A stretch of DNA of 63,993 nt, the filler included, from a bacterium (GTDB lineage: Bacteria; JBBIVP01), in NCBI GenBank assembly GCA_037439705.1. It is 5 parts of 5 records of this genome, joined end to end, with 100 filler letters (N's around TTAATTAATTAA, not from the genome) between each part and the next. Parts side by side here need not be neighbours in the genome. Positions count along the whole stretch, not along the records: positions 1 to 15,398 come from JBBIVP010000028.1; 4 more parts are not named here. One strand, written 5' to 3'. This document shows positions 1-10,146 of the stretch, in pieces; the first letter of the stretch is position 1; each line of letters starts with the position of its first letter. Under the pieces are notes generated by a model. That model worked only from the letters and a program-made list of their open reading frames with translations. It made no database searches and had not been told where the DNA came from. The translations under genes and the position numbers were made by a program.

Positions 1-580
1 GGCTATACTTATTTTTATAAACTTTCATCTCGTTTTCTGAAATTTCCGCTAAATGCCCAAGAAGGTGGGAAAAGGCAAAATCGTTTGCGTATTTTCTAAC
101 AGGCATTTCAGTGATATAAATTCCCGGCAGGAAAAGTTTTTCAACTTCTATTTTTATGAGCACTTCATAAGAAATGTCCTTACTGACAGGAAATTGTTCA
201 AAGAGCCTGTGGGTTTTAAGCCATTCCTTATAGGAAGATTCAAGGATTGAAAAATTTAGATTTAAAATGGAAGATAATTTTTGAAGCACAAATCCACACT
301 TTTCTTTGCATTCTTCAGGAATTACATAAAGGTCAAAGGATGGGCGATTATCCGCTATAATTTTACCATTTCTATCAAAAATATATCCCCTCTCTGGATA
401 AAGAACTACATTTCTTATACGATTTTTTTCGGAAAGTTGCCAGAACCTCCCATATTTTATGACCTGAAGGTAAATAAGTCTTAAAAAAATTGTACCTATA
501 ATTATGGAGAAAACTATGTAGAGAAAGTTAACTTTTTTCTTGAAGGATGGACTTTCTGGATTATGCGGATGAAAAAGCAT
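1..580 (-). CDS. mrdA: Penicillin-binding protein 2, N-terminal part (runs off window start)
   Basis: Not in the ORF track. Manual translation from ATG 580 (AGGAGG upstream) gives MLFHPHNPESPSFKKKVNFLYIVFSIIIGTIFLRLIYLQVIK...YPERGYIFDRNGK, a TM anchor plus the RGxIxDRNG class B PBP motif. Follows mreC-mreD. Confidence 0.9.
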   Translation of the reverse strand, partial: MLFHPHNPESPSFKKKVNFLYIVFSIIIGTIFLRLIYLQVIKYGRFWQLSEKNRIRNVVLYPERGYIFDRNGKIIADNRPSFDLYVIPEECKEKCGFVLQKLSSILNLNFSILESSYKEWLKTHRLFEQFPVSKDISYEVLIKIEVEKLFLPGIYITEMPVRKYANDFAFSHLLGHLAEISENEMKVYKNKYS

Positions 581-1019
581 TTTTCCTCCTTATATATTCC
601 ATAAAATTTAAAATGAAGATGGATAAAATGGCATTTAAAATATATTGGGGATGTATCTCAAAACCAAACCCTGCTATTGATCTCATACATTCTATGAAAA
701 GAATGTGTATAAATGTTCCCATGAAAGGTAGCAAAATCCAGAACCATATGTTTTCTGAATTTAACACATTTTTTAACATATACACAGAAGTAAAGAGTAG
801 AGAAAAAGAAAGAATATATTCTCCCGAAGGAAAAGTTGATAAACTGCCAATCATATACCCTGATATTAAGGAAAAAATAAATCCCTTCCAGAAGTCCGTG
901 TAAAAAGCAAGGAAGATTATAAAAACATGATAAAGTTCAAACACTGGACCTGAGAAGGTCTCAAAAAGTGTTCTTAAAACCAAGAGAATGAAAAGTGATA
1001 TGGAAACCTTAAAAATCAT
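561..1019 (-). CDS. mreD: Rod shape-determining protein MreD
   Basis: 152-aa hydrophobic multi-TM protein between mreC and mrdA. Confidence 0.75.
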   Translation of the reverse strand: MIFKVSISLFILLVLRTLFETFSGPVFELYHVFIIFLAFYTDFWKGFIFSLISGYMIGSLSTFPSGEYILSFSLLFTSVYMLKNVLNSENIWFWILLPFMGTFIHILFIECMRSIAGFGFEIHPQYILNAILSIFILNFMEYIRRKNAFSSA

Positions 1020-1819
1020 TTTTTTATGATCACAAGAACCTCGTTTAATTTTTTATGGTCTGTAAAGGGTCTAATTTTTACTTCTTTATACAGTCCCTCA
1101 TCCGGATTTTGAAGCTCTATCACCGTGCCCACTGATATACCTCTGGGAAAGAATTCGCTTATGCGGGCGGTTTGAAAAACATCACCTATTGCCACATCTC
1201 CTGTTTTTAGATAGTATTTAAGTCTGCATCCATCTTTTCCATCTCCTGTCAGGATAGATTTCTCAAGTGTCCTGGTATTAAGCACATCCACTGAAAGGTT
1301 TTTATCTGTTATGAGAATAACACTTGATGAGAACGGATAAACCTGCTTTACAACCCCCACAAGCCCTCCCGCAGAAACCACGGGCATTCCTTCTTTTAAA
1401 CCTTGGTTTTTTCCTATATTTATCAAAATTCCTTTAAATTTTCCATCAGAAGAATAGCCTATCACATTTCCTACTACAGTAGAGTATTGAAAAGTTTCTC
1501 TATATCCGAGAAGCCCCTTAAGCCTTTCAAGGATTTTTAATTTTTCCCTAAGAGCGTTTATCTCAATATCTTTTTCCAGTAATTTTATTTTCAGATTTTC
1601 ATTTTCCTTTTCAACATTTATGAGATAAACATATCTTTTCCAGAGATTTTTTATTTCATAAACCACTTCTCCAAAGGCAAAAATCGGAATCGATATAATC
1701 CTGGCAGGAAATCTAAAAAATCTCTTCTTTTCTCTATCTGTAAAATTTAAAACTAGGACAGTCAAAAATATGACAAATATCATACTTATCTTTAAAAAAT
1801 TTTTCCAGAAACCCTGCAT
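1016..1819 (-). CDS. mreC: Rod shape-determining protein MreC
   Basis: N-terminal TM, coiled coil (ENENLK), GMPVV..GGLVG and FPRGI.VG motifs. Confidence 0.92.
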   Translation of the reverse strand: MQGFWKNFLKISMIFVIFLTVLVLNFTDREKKRFFRFPARIISIPIFAFGEVVYEIKNLWKRYVYLINVEKENENLKIKLLEKDIEINALREKLKILERLKGLLGYRETFQYSTVVGNVIGYSSDGKFKGILINIGKNQGLKEGMPVVSAGGLVGVVKQVYPFSSSVILITDKNLSVDVLNTRTLEKSILTGDGKDGCRLKYYLKTGDVAIGDVFQTARISEFFPRGISVGTVIELQNPDEGLYKEVKIRPFTDHKKLNEVLVIIKK

Positions 1820-1872
1820 TTTCTCATATTTTAGCAGATTTTTTTATTTTAAAAAATGCAAATTAAAGATAT

Positions 1873-1901
1873 TTGATTTCAAATGGATATAAATATAAAA
1901 T
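1873..1901 (+). promoter_or_regulatory. sigma70-like promoter of gpsA, probably leaderless
   Basis: TTGATT-17nt-TAAAAT, 6 nt before ATG 1908, no SD. Confidence 0.6.
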
Positions 1902-1907
1902 CTCAAA

Positions 1908-2924
1908 ATGCGGATATCAATTATAGGGGCCGGAAGCTGGGGAACCGCCTTAAGTATAGCGCTTGCAAGAAGGGGATATAGTGTCAAAATCTGGTGCTAT
2001 GAGAAGGAGGTAGAAGAGAATATAAATTCTAACAGGGAAAATAGCCTCTATCTTGAAGGTTTTAAAATTCCTGAAAAGGTTCAGGCATTTACCGATTTAG
2101 AACAAACTCTTAAAGGTGCAGAATTAACTATATTTGCAATTCCCTCCCATGTCACAAGAAAAATTCTTATGGAAGCCAGAGTTTATATTCCAGAAAATGT
2201 ACCATTAATAAGTGTCACAAAGGGTATTGAGGTGGATTCTCTTAAACTTATGTCCCAGATTTATGAAGAGTTAATTGAAAATGTATCTGATAGATTAGCA
2301 GTTTTATCAGGACCCACATTTGCAAAAGAAGTAGCAAAAGGATTACCTACTGCAGCCACAATTGCTTCAAAAAATAGTGCGTTGGCTTCGTATCTTCAAA
2401 AACTAATTTCAGATGATAAGTTTAGATTGTATGAAAGTTCAGATGTAATAGGAGTAGAAATAGGTGGTGCTGTGAAGAATGTTATAGCTATAGCTGCCGG
2501 AATAAGTGATGGATTGAAACTTGGTTATAATGCGAGGGCTGCTATCATAACCAGAGGTCTTGCTGAAATTACAAGACTTGGCGTAAAAATGGGCGCAAAT
2601 CCACTTACTTTTCTTGGACTCTCCGGAATAGGCGACCTTGTTCTTACCTGCACTGGAAAACTCAGCAGAAATAGAAATGTTGGAATTCAGATAGGAGAGG
2701 GTAAAAAACTGCAGGATATACTTTCTTCTTCCCATATGGTTGCTGAAGGGATAAAAACTTCCATAGCGGTAAAAAGGTTATCAGAAAGGGAGGGGGTAGA
2801 AATGCCCATTTCAGAGACTGTATATTACATTCTTCATGAGAGAATGAGTCCTGAAGAAGGTGCCAGAAATTTGATGACAAGAAGTTTAAAAGAAGAATTA
2901 TATGGTATATCATTAAAGGGATGA
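1908..2924 (+). CDS. gpsA: NAD(P)H-dependent glycerol-3-phosphate dehydrogenase
   Basis: GAGSWGTA, SGPTFA, GGAVKNVIAIA, GDLVLTC..SRN motifs. Confidence 0.97.
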   Translation: MRISIIGAGSWGTALSIALARRGYSVKIWCYEKEVEENINSNRENSLYLEGFKIPEKVQAFTDLEQTLKGAELTIFAIPSHVTRKILMEARVYIPENVPLISVTKGIEVDSLKLMSQIYEELIENVSDRLAVLSGPTFAKEVAKGLPTAATIASKNSALASYLQKLISDDKFRLYESSDVIGVEIGGAVKNVIAIAAGISDGLKLGYNARAAIITRGLAEITRLGVKMGANPLTFLGLSGIGDLVLTCTGKLSRNRNVGIQIGEGKKLQDILSSSHMVAEGIKTSIAVKRLSEREGVEMPISETVYYILHERMSPEEGARNLMTRSLKEELYGISLKG

Positions 2925-4090
2925 AAGAAGTTCAGCAGGAATTCAAAAAACAGATAAAGATGAGGGACGAATGGCTTTCAACCTTATCCGTTGAGAACAA
3001 AGAGATTCTTCTTTTTGAACTTGAAATGTGGTTAAAAGCAGTAGAAAGGTTTTTCAATATTAACAATCATCCTTTGTGGACGATGGAATTTCCATCTGCA
3101 AAGAGTTTTTCTTCAGAGGTAAAAATTCTACAATCTGGTATTGAAAGGATGATGGTGATTATAAGAAATTTTCTGGAAGAAGATTCAAACTTTCTCCACT
3201 TTCAGAAGTATATAGAAAACAAAATTTCAAGAGACAGTATAAGGGACAAATTAATTATTGAGAGTATGAAACAAAATCATCCAAGAGATTCCATTTTTCT
3301 TCTTATGATAAATTTCATGAGTCTCTATGAAATAATAAAATTTATTTCTGAAATGCAAGGATGTCCTTATCTTCTTTTTAATAATCTTGGACATCTCACA
3401 ATCAGATTGATTTCAATGAACCATTTTTTTGACCCCGTAAAACTTCCCACTTTTTCACCAATCTATGACAGAATAAACCATCCTGTTATTTTAAGAATTG
3501 TAAAAAAGGTGAAATCAGCAAAAGAAAAGAAAGTAATCTCTGTGTTGTTTCTTGTGTTCTTCAGGTTTCTTAAGTATTTGAAATTTGTGAATGCTGAAGA
3601 GATGGATGAAGCTAAATTGAAAACCAATCTTCTTATATTTTCGCTTTTAAAGAGCGAAGCAAGGGAGATTATAAATTACATAGATAAAGAGGCAATTTCT
3701 GAGTTACAAGGGGGAAAGGAAGGCGAAGCTCTTATTACATTTTTGAAGGACATTAAATTTCAACTTGAACTTGAGTTGAAAAAAGTTTACGAGAGTGTGC
3801 TTAAGGATTTTGTTATAATTAAAAGCATTGGTTCGTTGAGAGCATCAATTGATAATGCAAGTGGAATTCTCACAAACAATTTTCAGCAGATAATTGTTAA
3901 CCTTGCAAAATTTTTCTCTCCAGATATAGAGGGAAAAGAGATATTTATAGATTTTGTGTCAAAGTTGGAGAAATCATTAAGGTTAAGGGAGGACCTCTGG
4001 ATATACAGGGAGATTCTCTATTATGCAGAATTCTGTCTAAAGGCTGACACAAACGATGAAAACTACAGACCTCCCAAAAATGTGATTTAG
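2921..4090 (+). CDS. Conserved helical hypothetical protein, N-terminal part (ends at in-frame TAG)
   Basis: 389-aa ORF overlapping the gpsA stop. Same frame continues directly in 4091..4381. Confidence 0.7.
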   Translation: MKEVQQEFKKQIKMRDEWLSTLSVENKEILLFELEMWLKAVERFFNINNHPLWTMEFPSAKSFSSEVKILQSGIERMMVIIRNFLEEDSNFLHFQKYIENKISRDSIRDKLIIESMKQNHPRDSIFLLMINFMSLYEIIKFISEMQGCPYLLFNNLGHLTIRLISMNHFFDPVKLPTFSPIYDRINHPVILRIVKKVKSAKEKKVISVLFLVFFRFLKYLKFVNAEEMDEAKLKTNLLIFSLLKSEAREIINYIDKEAISELQGGKEGEALITFLKDIKFQLELELKKVYESVLKDFVIIKSIGSLRASIDNASGILTNNFQQIIVNLAKFFSPDIEGKEIFIDFVSKLEKSLRLREDLWIYREILYYAEFCLKADTNDENYRPPKNVI

Positions 4091-4381
4091 ATGCTCAGGG
4101 ATTTTATAATTTACTTCCAGAGCCTTTCTTTTACCCTTCTCAGATATTCAGACCTTGAACCATTTGAAGATTTTGCAAGATACATATTTGATTTATACGA
4201 AAATTATGTAGAAGAAAAGAAAGTTGAGGAAATAAGAATTAATGAACTGAAGGAAAGGCTTCATTCTTTCAGAATATATGTGGAAACAACCCTTTCGCAT
4301 GTCAACAACAGGGCAGAACTAAGGGAAATTCCGTTCCATACAGAAGGAGCTAAGGAACTTCTTGAACAATTCATAATATGA
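4091..4381 (+). CDS. Hypothetical protein, probably the C-terminal part of the upstream protein
   Basis: ATG immediately after TAG in the same frame, no SD. Confidence 0.55.
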   Translation: MLRDFIIYFQSLSFTLLRYSDLEPFEDFARYIFDLYENYVEEKKVEEIRINELKERLHSFRIYVETTLSHVNNRAELREIPFHTEGAKELLEQFII

Positions 4382-4384
4382 AAC

Positions 4385-7030
4385 ATGAATGGTGCTCCCA
4401 CCTTGACAGTTTTATTTTTCTCGTCTTCTATTATAAAAGAATTCTTTATATATGAATGGCAAAGAAAATATAAAAAAAACATTATTCTTTCGGAAAAAGA
4501 ATCTTTACTTCCATCACCTCACGAAATTGAAGAGGTAAAGAAAAAAAAGTTTGCCTCTGTTGCCTGTATTTTATATGAAAATGAGGAATTTTTAATATCG
4601 TTGACTCCTAAAACTTTTTTTGCTCCTTTCCCTTCCCGTTCGCAATGGGAAAATAGAAAATTTAAGGTGCGAATAGAAGAATTTGACCCTGAAGAATTTA
4701 TTACCTTTTTGTCAAAAATTGGCTATGAAAGGAGATCTGTTGTAAGAGAGATGGGAGAATTCAGCAGAAGGGGATTTATAATTGACATATTTTCTATAGG
4801 CACAGACTTTCCTGTAAGAATAGAAATGGAAGGAAATGAAATTTCTTCAATAAAAAGGTTCAGCCCTGAAAATCAACTGGCGTTTGAAGAAATTGAGGAA
4901 TCAGAAATTTTCCCTGCAGAACTTGTCGGAGACAGCATCTTTTCCAGCGAAATTCCAGAAGGGTCATCAATTATTGTAGAGAGCGGTTTCATTTTAGATG
5001 AAGAACTTGTTGACTGGATAATTTTAAAAAAATATCCTGTGCTGGTTTTATCCGAGAAAGGAGTAATCAATAAGAAAATTTTACAATCTGCTGAAAAGGT
5101 TATAGAACCGGAACCTGTTGAATTTTCCCCCCTTTCATTTTTACATTCAAAGACAAATCCCCTTTACGCCCTCTCATTATGGACGAAGGATAAAATTTAC
5201 AGAGGCATGGACATATTTTTCTCATACACCACAGAAAATGGTTTTAAAAGACTTATGGATTTTTTGAAAAATTTTGGATTTGAAGGTTTTGTGAAATCTC
5301 AAGATCTAAAATTCCCGGGAATATACCTTGTTAAAAAAAGGTTTAACAGGGGATTTTTTGATGAAAAACTCAAGATAGCCCTCTTTCCGTTTGAATCAAA
5401 AATTCCAGTTTCAGAAGAAAAAATTCCAGAGTATGAAGAACTTGAAAGTTTAGAGGAGGGAGACCTTATAGTCCACAGAGATTACGGAATAGGAATATAC
5501 AGGGGAAGGGTAAGAAAAGAAGTGAAAGGGAAAGAAGAAATCCTTCTTGAGATTGAATACAGAAATCAAAAAAAATTATTCATTCCTTTTACCCATTCCG
5601 GACTTATCAAAAAATACAGAAACGGTGGCGATTCTTTCAGGAGGGTATCCCTTGATACCATTGATGGCAAATCGTGGAAGAAGAAAAAGGAAAGAGTTTT
5701 AAAAAGCATAAACGAACTTTCAGAAATTTTGCTTGAAAAGTTCAGAAAAAGAATTTGTACAAAAAGAGAACCGTATAAGATTGAAAATGACTGGTTGAAA
5801 ACCTTATCGGAAACATTTGAATATGAGGAAACTCCCCATCAGATAAAAACTATGGAAGAAATTATTGAAGACCTTAAAAAAAATTGTCCTATGAACAGAA
5901 TTGTATGTGGAGATGCTGGATACGGAAAGACAGAAATAGCGCTGAGAACAGCCTGTATATGTGCAATGAATGGAAGGCAGGTTGCCGTTCTCTCTCCCAC
6001 AACGGTGCTTGCTGAACAGCACTATAAAACTTTTACCCGGAGACTAAGAAATTTTCCATTAAGAATAGAACTTCTTACAAGGTTCACTCCTGAAACCACA
6101 AAAAAGAAAATAAAGGAAGGGCTTATTTCAGGGGAAATAGATATCATTATAGGAACCCATTCCATTCTTCAAAAAGGAATTGCTTTTAAAATGGTGGGAC
6201 TAATAATTGTTGATGAAGAGCACAAATTTGGGGTTGAGCATAAGGATATAAGAAAAAATTTTCCTGATACAGTTGATGAACTGTTTCTTTCAGCAACTCC
6301 GATTCCGAGAACCCTTCAGATGGCTTTTACAGGGCTCAAGGACCTTTCAAGAATTGAAACTCCACCTCAGGGAAGGCTTCCTGTCAAGACCTATATAATG
6401 GAATTTGACGAAGAATCTTTAAAGAAAATAATTGAAGATGAAATAGAAAGAAGTGGCCAGGTTTTTTTCGTTCACACCTCAATACAGGAACTTCCCCAGA
6501 TTGCTGATAAAATTAAGTCCCTCATTCCTTCCATAAGCCTTGAAATAATTCATGGAAGAATGGAGGGAAAGAAGATTGAAAGGATTATGAGGAAATTCCT
6601 CGAAAGGAAAATTGAGCTTCTTGTCTCTACCATAATTCTTGGCGTAGGAATTGATATTTCCACTGCGAATACAGTAATAGTGAACAATGCCCATCTCTTT
6701 GGACTTGCAGACCTGTATCACTTAAGAGGAAGAGCAGGAAGGGGCGAAATTCAAGGATACGCATATTTTTTTGTACCAAAATCTCCACTTCCATCCGAAG
6801 CAATAAAAAGACTAAAAGCCTTCGCAAGTGCAATTGAGAAGGGTAGGGGGTACTATCTTGCGCTGAAGGACCTTGAAATAAGAGGAGCTGGAAACATCCT
6901 GGGAAGAGAACAGTGGGGACACATATATGAACTCGGTTTTGATACTTACCTTGAAGTTTTGAAGGATGTTATCAATGCAAAAATGAAAAACTCGTTGGTT
7001 GGTCCTTCATTCATGCGGGGATATAGTTAA
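4385..7030 (+). CDS. mfd: Transcription-repair coupling factor-like SF2 translocase lacking the C-terminal domain
   Basis: UvrB-like [16 protein letters not shown] ([12 protein letters not shown]), [21 protein letters not shown], and TRG motif [12 protein letters not shown]. Confidence 0.88.
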   Translation: MNGAPTLTVLFFSSSIIKEFFIYEWQRKYKKNIILSEKESLLPSPHEIEEVKKKKFASVACILYENEEFLISLTPKTFFAPFPSRSQWENRKFKVRIEEFDPEEFITFLSKIGYERRSVVREMGEFSRRGFIIDIFSIGTDFPVRIEMEGNEISSIKRFSPENQLAFEEIEESEIFPAELVGDSIFSSEIPEGSSIIVESGFILDEELVDWIILKKYPVLVLSEKGVINKKILQSAEKVIEPEPVEFSPLSFLHSKTNPLYALSLWTKDKIYRGMDIFFSYTTENGFKRLMDFLKNFGFEGFVKSQDLKFPGIYLVKKRFNRGFFDEKLKIALFPFESKIPVSEEKIPEYEELESLEEGDLIVHRDYGIGIYRGRVRKEVKGKEEILLEIEYRNQKKLFIPFTHSGLIKKYRNGGDSFRRVSLDTIDGKSWKKKKERVLKSINELSEILLEKFRKRICTKREPYKIENDWLKTLSETFEYEETPHQIKTMEEIIEDLKKNCPMNRIVCGDAGYGKTEIALRTACICAMNGRQVAVLSPTTVLAEQHYKTFTRRLRNFPLRIELLTRFTPETTKKKIKEGLISGEIDIIIGTHSILQKGIAFKMVGLIIVDEEHKFGVEHKDIRKNFPDTVDELFLSATPIPRTLQMAFTGLKDLSRIETPPQGRLPVKTYIMEFDEESLKKIIEDEIERSGQVFFVHTSIQELPQIADKIKSLIPSISLEIIHGRMEGKKIERIMRKFLERKIELLVSTIILGVGIDISTANTVIVNNAHLFGLADLYHLRGRAGRGEIQGYAYFFVPKSPLPSEAIKRLKAFASAIEKGRGYYLALKDLEIRGAGNILGREQWGHIYELGFDTYLEVLKDVINAKMKNSLVGPSFMRGYS

Positions 7031-7044
7031 AGGAAGCCGGAAAC

Positions 7045-7072
7045 TTGATTATTATTTTGAGAAAAGTAAAAT
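7045..7072 (+). promoter_or_regulatory. sigma70-like promoter, probably leaderless
   Basis: TTGATT-16nt-TAAAAT, 7 nt before ATG 7080. Confidence 0.5.
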
Positions 7073-7079
7073 AAGAACT

Positions 7080-7481
7080 ATGCCGGGCAAAGGAAAAATT
7101 CTGATAGCAAAACCTGGACTTGACGGGGATGACAGGGGAGCAAAAGTGGTGGCAAGAGCTTTAAGGGATGCAGGATATGAAGTTATTTATACCGGACTTC
7201 ATCAGACCCCTGAAATGATAGTTCAAACAGCAATTGATGAAGATGTGGATGCAATTGGAGTAAGCATTCTCTCAGGAGCCCATAATACGATTTTTCCAGA
7301 AATAATTCGGCTCATGAAAAATGCCGGACTTGATGATGTGATTCTGTTTGGAGGAGGAATTATACCGGATGATAACATTCCTAAACTTAAAGAAATGGGA
7401 GTTAAAGAGATATTTACTCCGGGAACTTCTTTGAAGGATATTGTTTCATTTGTGGATAAAGTAATGAAAGAGAAGAAATAA
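7080..7481 (+). CDS. Cobalamin-binding small subunit of acyl-CoA (methylmalonyl-CoA-type) mutase
   Basis: [41 protein letters not shown]. Start reassigned to ATG 7080. Confidence 0.9.
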   Translation: MPGKGKILIAKPGLDGDDRGAKVVARALRDAGYEVIYTGLHQTPEMIVQTAIDEDVDAIGVSILSGAHNTIFPEIIRLMKNAGLDDVILFGGGIIPDDNIPKLKEMGVKEIFTPGTSLKDIVSFVDKVMKEKK

Positions 7482-7531
7482 CTTATGAGTAAGGTTTTAC
7501 CCGAAAAATCAAATGGGGAGATACCTGTTAT

Positions 7532-8392
7532 ATGCTCAGAATAATTCCTGTTTTAATAATTGTATTTTTATCCTGTGCAGAAGACAGAGCAAAAAGTTTT
7601 CTTAACCATCTGCCAAAAATGGAAGAAATAATGTTTTTTATTCCCGGAAAAGATTCAGAGGATTCCATTTTGAATCACATTTCCCGTTATACGCTCCTCA
7701 ATGAATACAATTCTCTCATTGCAGATTTATTTATTGCAGTTCAACTGGCAGAAAAAAATTCTCCTGTTGCAGAGGAAGGAAATATAATAATATGGAAAAT
7801 TGAGGGAGGTGAATATGTATATCAGCTCTGGGTGGAAAAGAAGGAAGAAATTTATGATTTCACTATTGAAATAAATTTTTCTGGCATATACAACCCTACT
7901 TTTTATCCTGTTGTTAATGGAAATGCAAATGGAGATTTTTCCTTCACTGTAGACCTCAAAAATCTTCACAATTTTAATGGCTCAAAATATCCTGATGGTG
8001 AAACTTTTTATGTCCGGTTCCATCCCGATGGAATTACGGGATTCGCCAGGAAGTTTTCATATTTCTATCCTGTTGATGGAGATAAAGATGCAGGATATAT
8101 TGATGGAACCTTTTACTTTTTAAATATGAAAGATGGAAAAAAATGTATTTCATTTACACGGGAGTGGGATTATGTGAAGGAGATCCCTTATTTATATGAA
8201 GTAATAGGAATAGATAGTTGCTGGGCTGAAGACGGGAGCGGAGAGGGTAGAGGGGTAATTTCTGGAGGAGAAGTTGATAAAGAGGAAGAAATTTATGAAT
8301 GCTGGGACAATGAAGGAAGGTTGATTTTTAGGAGAACTGATGAAAAAGAAGAGGGAAATGAAGAAAACTGCCCATTTAGAGGAGGTTCTTAA
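7532..8392 (+). CDS. Hypothetical lipoprotein
   Basis: Signal peptide with lipobox FLSC; beta-rich; C-terminal CW..DGSG...ECWD. Confidence 0.75.
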   Translation: MLRIIPVLIIVFLSCAEDRAKSFLNHLPKMEEIMFFIPGKDSEDSILNHISRYTLLNEYNSLIADLFIAVQLAEKNSPVAEEGNIIIWKIEGGEYVYQLWVEKKEEIYDFTIEINFSGIYNPTFYPVVNGNANGDFSFTVDLKNLHNFNGSKYPDGETFYVRFHPDGITGFARKFSYFYPVDGDKDAGYIDGTFYFLNMKDGKKCISFTREWDYVKEIPYLYEVIGIDSCWAEDGSGEGRGVISGGEVDKEEEIYECWDNEGRLIFRRTDEKEEGNEENCPFRGGS

Positions 8393-9029
8393 AAAAATCT
8401 ATGACAAACTTTTCAATAACTTTGGTCCCCAGGGATGGTGGCCAGCTTCCAGCCCATTTGAGGTAGCAATAGGAGCCATTCTTACCCAGAACACAAACTG
8501 GGCAAATGTAGAAAAGGCTATAAATAACTTAAAAAAACATAACCTTTTGAATCCAAAAAAACTTAAAGAAATAGATGAAAAAAAACTTTCAACTTTAATA
8601 AAATCTGCTGGATATTATAACCAAAAATCTAAGAAAATAAAAGAATTTGTAAAATTTCTCATAGAAAATTATAACGGAGATATGGTAAAAATGAAAGAGG
8701 AGGAAGATGAGAGGTTAAGAGAAAAATTGCTTTCTATAAAAGGTATTGGAAAAGAGAGTGCAGATAGTATTCTCCTTTATGCCCTGAATAAACCCGTGTT
8801 TGTTATAGATGCCTATACCTACAGAATTATGTTAAGACATGGATTTATATATGAAGATATAACCTACGATGAATTAAAAGAACTGTTTGAAAAAAATCTA
8901 CCAAAAGATACCCAAATTTTTAATGAGTTTCATGCCCTTCTTGTTAATGTTGGAAAAGAGTTCTGCAAAAAAAGTGTTCCTAAATGCAACGGATGTCCAT
9001 TGGAGGAATTCCTGGATAAAAAATCATGA
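8358..9029 (+). CDS. Endonuclease III-related HhH-GPD DNA glycosylase family protein
   Basis: WWPA..PFEVAIGAILTQNTNW, GIGKESADSIL, FVIDAY, C-terminal Cys cluster. Confidence 0.9.
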   Translation: MKKTAHLEEVLKKIYDKLFNNFGPQGWWPASSPFEVAIGAILTQNTNWANVEKAINNLKKHNLLNPKKLKEIDEKKLSTLIKSAGYYNQKSKKIKEFVKFLIENYNGDMVKMKEEEDERLREKLLSIKGIGKESADSILLYALNKPVFVIDAYTYRIMLRHGFIYEDITYDELKELFEKNLPKDTQIFNEFHALLVNVGKEFCKKSVPKCNGCPLEEFLDKKS

Positions 9030-9469
9030 CTCTTGATGAACAATTTATGGAAATAGCAATTGAGGAAGCACTCAAAGCTGAAAAGGAAGGAGAGGTTCCG
9101 GTGGGAGCGGTTTGTGTTTATAAAAATGAGGTGATTTCTAAGGCACATAATAGAGTTATTGCTTTAAACGATGCCACTGCACATGCTGAAATAGAGGCGA
9201 TGAGAGAGACTGCCAAAAAGATTGGGAACTGGAGACTGAATGGAATATGGTTATATGTAACTGTTGAACCGTGTATAATGTGTGCAGGTGCTATGATTCA
9301 CTTCAGGATTGAAAAACTCGTTTACGGAACAAAAGAAGAAAGGTGGGGTGGAGTGGAGAAATATGGAATTTTAGAGCGTTCACCAAATCACAAAATTGAT
9401 ATAATCTCAGGGGTTAAAGAAGAAGAGTGCAGAAAAATAATTAAAAGGTTTTTTGAAGGAAAAAGATGA
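9026..9469 (+). CDS. tadA: tRNA adenosine(34) deaminase
   Basis: GEVPVGAV, HAE and EPCIMC zinc motifs. Confidence 0.88.
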   Translation: MTLDEQFMEIAIEEALKAEKEGEVPVGAVCVYKNEVISKAHNRVIALNDATAHAEIEAMRETAKKIGNWRLNGIWLYVTVEPCIMCAGAMIHFRIEKLVYGTKEERWGGVEKYGILERSPNHKIDIISGVKEEECRKIIKRFFEGKR

Positions 9470-10146
9470 TATCCGTAGTAATTGTATGTGCTGGAAAAGG
9501 AAAAAGGATGGGTTTAAAAATTCCAAAGCAGTTTTTAAAAGTGAACGGTATTGAACTATTCATGTATTCTGTTCTTACATTCCAAAAATTAAAGGAAATT
9601 AAAAAAATAATAGTAGTGGTTCCAAAAAATTATGTAGAAGTTACACAAAAAATACTGAAAAAATATGAAATTGAAAGGGGAGAGGTGGTGGAAGGAGGAA
9701 AAGAAAGGTTACATTCCGTTTATAATGGACTTCTGGCAGCGAAAGGAAGCACCATAGTTCTTGTTCACGATGGAGTAAGACCCAATATAAGCACTTCACT
9801 TATCAAAAGAATAATAGATGGAACTAAAAAGTACAGTACTTGCATCCCTGTTCTTCCCGTGACCGAAACCTTAAAAAGAATTAGAAACGGAAGGATAAAA
9901 ACCATTCCGAGAACAGAGTATTTTTTAGCACAAACCCCTCAGGGATTTAAATATGAATTGCTGTTAAAAGCCTACGAATCTGCTATAAAAAAAGGAAGCC
10001 ATCTAACAGATGAAGCCATGGCAGTAGAACTTATTGGACATCCGATAAAGACAATTCCCGGAGATAGAAAAAACATTAAAATTACATATAAAGAAGATTT
10101 AGATATAATTGAAAGATATCTTGAGGGATTAAAGTGGAAACTTTAA
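9466..10146 (+). CDS. ispD: 2-C-methyl-D-erythritol 4-phosphate cytidylyltransferase
   Basis: AGKGKRMG..PKQF, VHDGVRP, QTPQGF, NIKITY. Confidence 0.92.
   Translation: MISVVIVCAGKGKRMGLKIPKQFLKVNGIELFMYSVLTFQKLKEIKKIIVVVPKNYVEVTQKILKKYEIERGEVVEGGKERLHSVYNGLLAAKGSTIVLVHDGVRPNISTSLIKRIIDGTKKYSTCIPVLPVTETLKRIRNGRIKTIPRTEYFLAQTPQGFKYELLLKAYESAIKKGSHLTDEAMAVELIGHPIKTIPGDRKNIKITYKEDLDIIERYLEGLKWKL

Noticed and set aside
53..903. Plus-strand ORFs 53..250, 281..484, 547..903 and the many other short antisense or nested ORFs in the track
   Set aside because: Shadows of well-supported genes on the other strand or frame; no motifs or RBS.
4088..4090. Genome-wide TAG reassignment
   Set aside because: TAG ends ispG, porB and the sigma54 regulator at their expected C-termini; only one internal case was seen.
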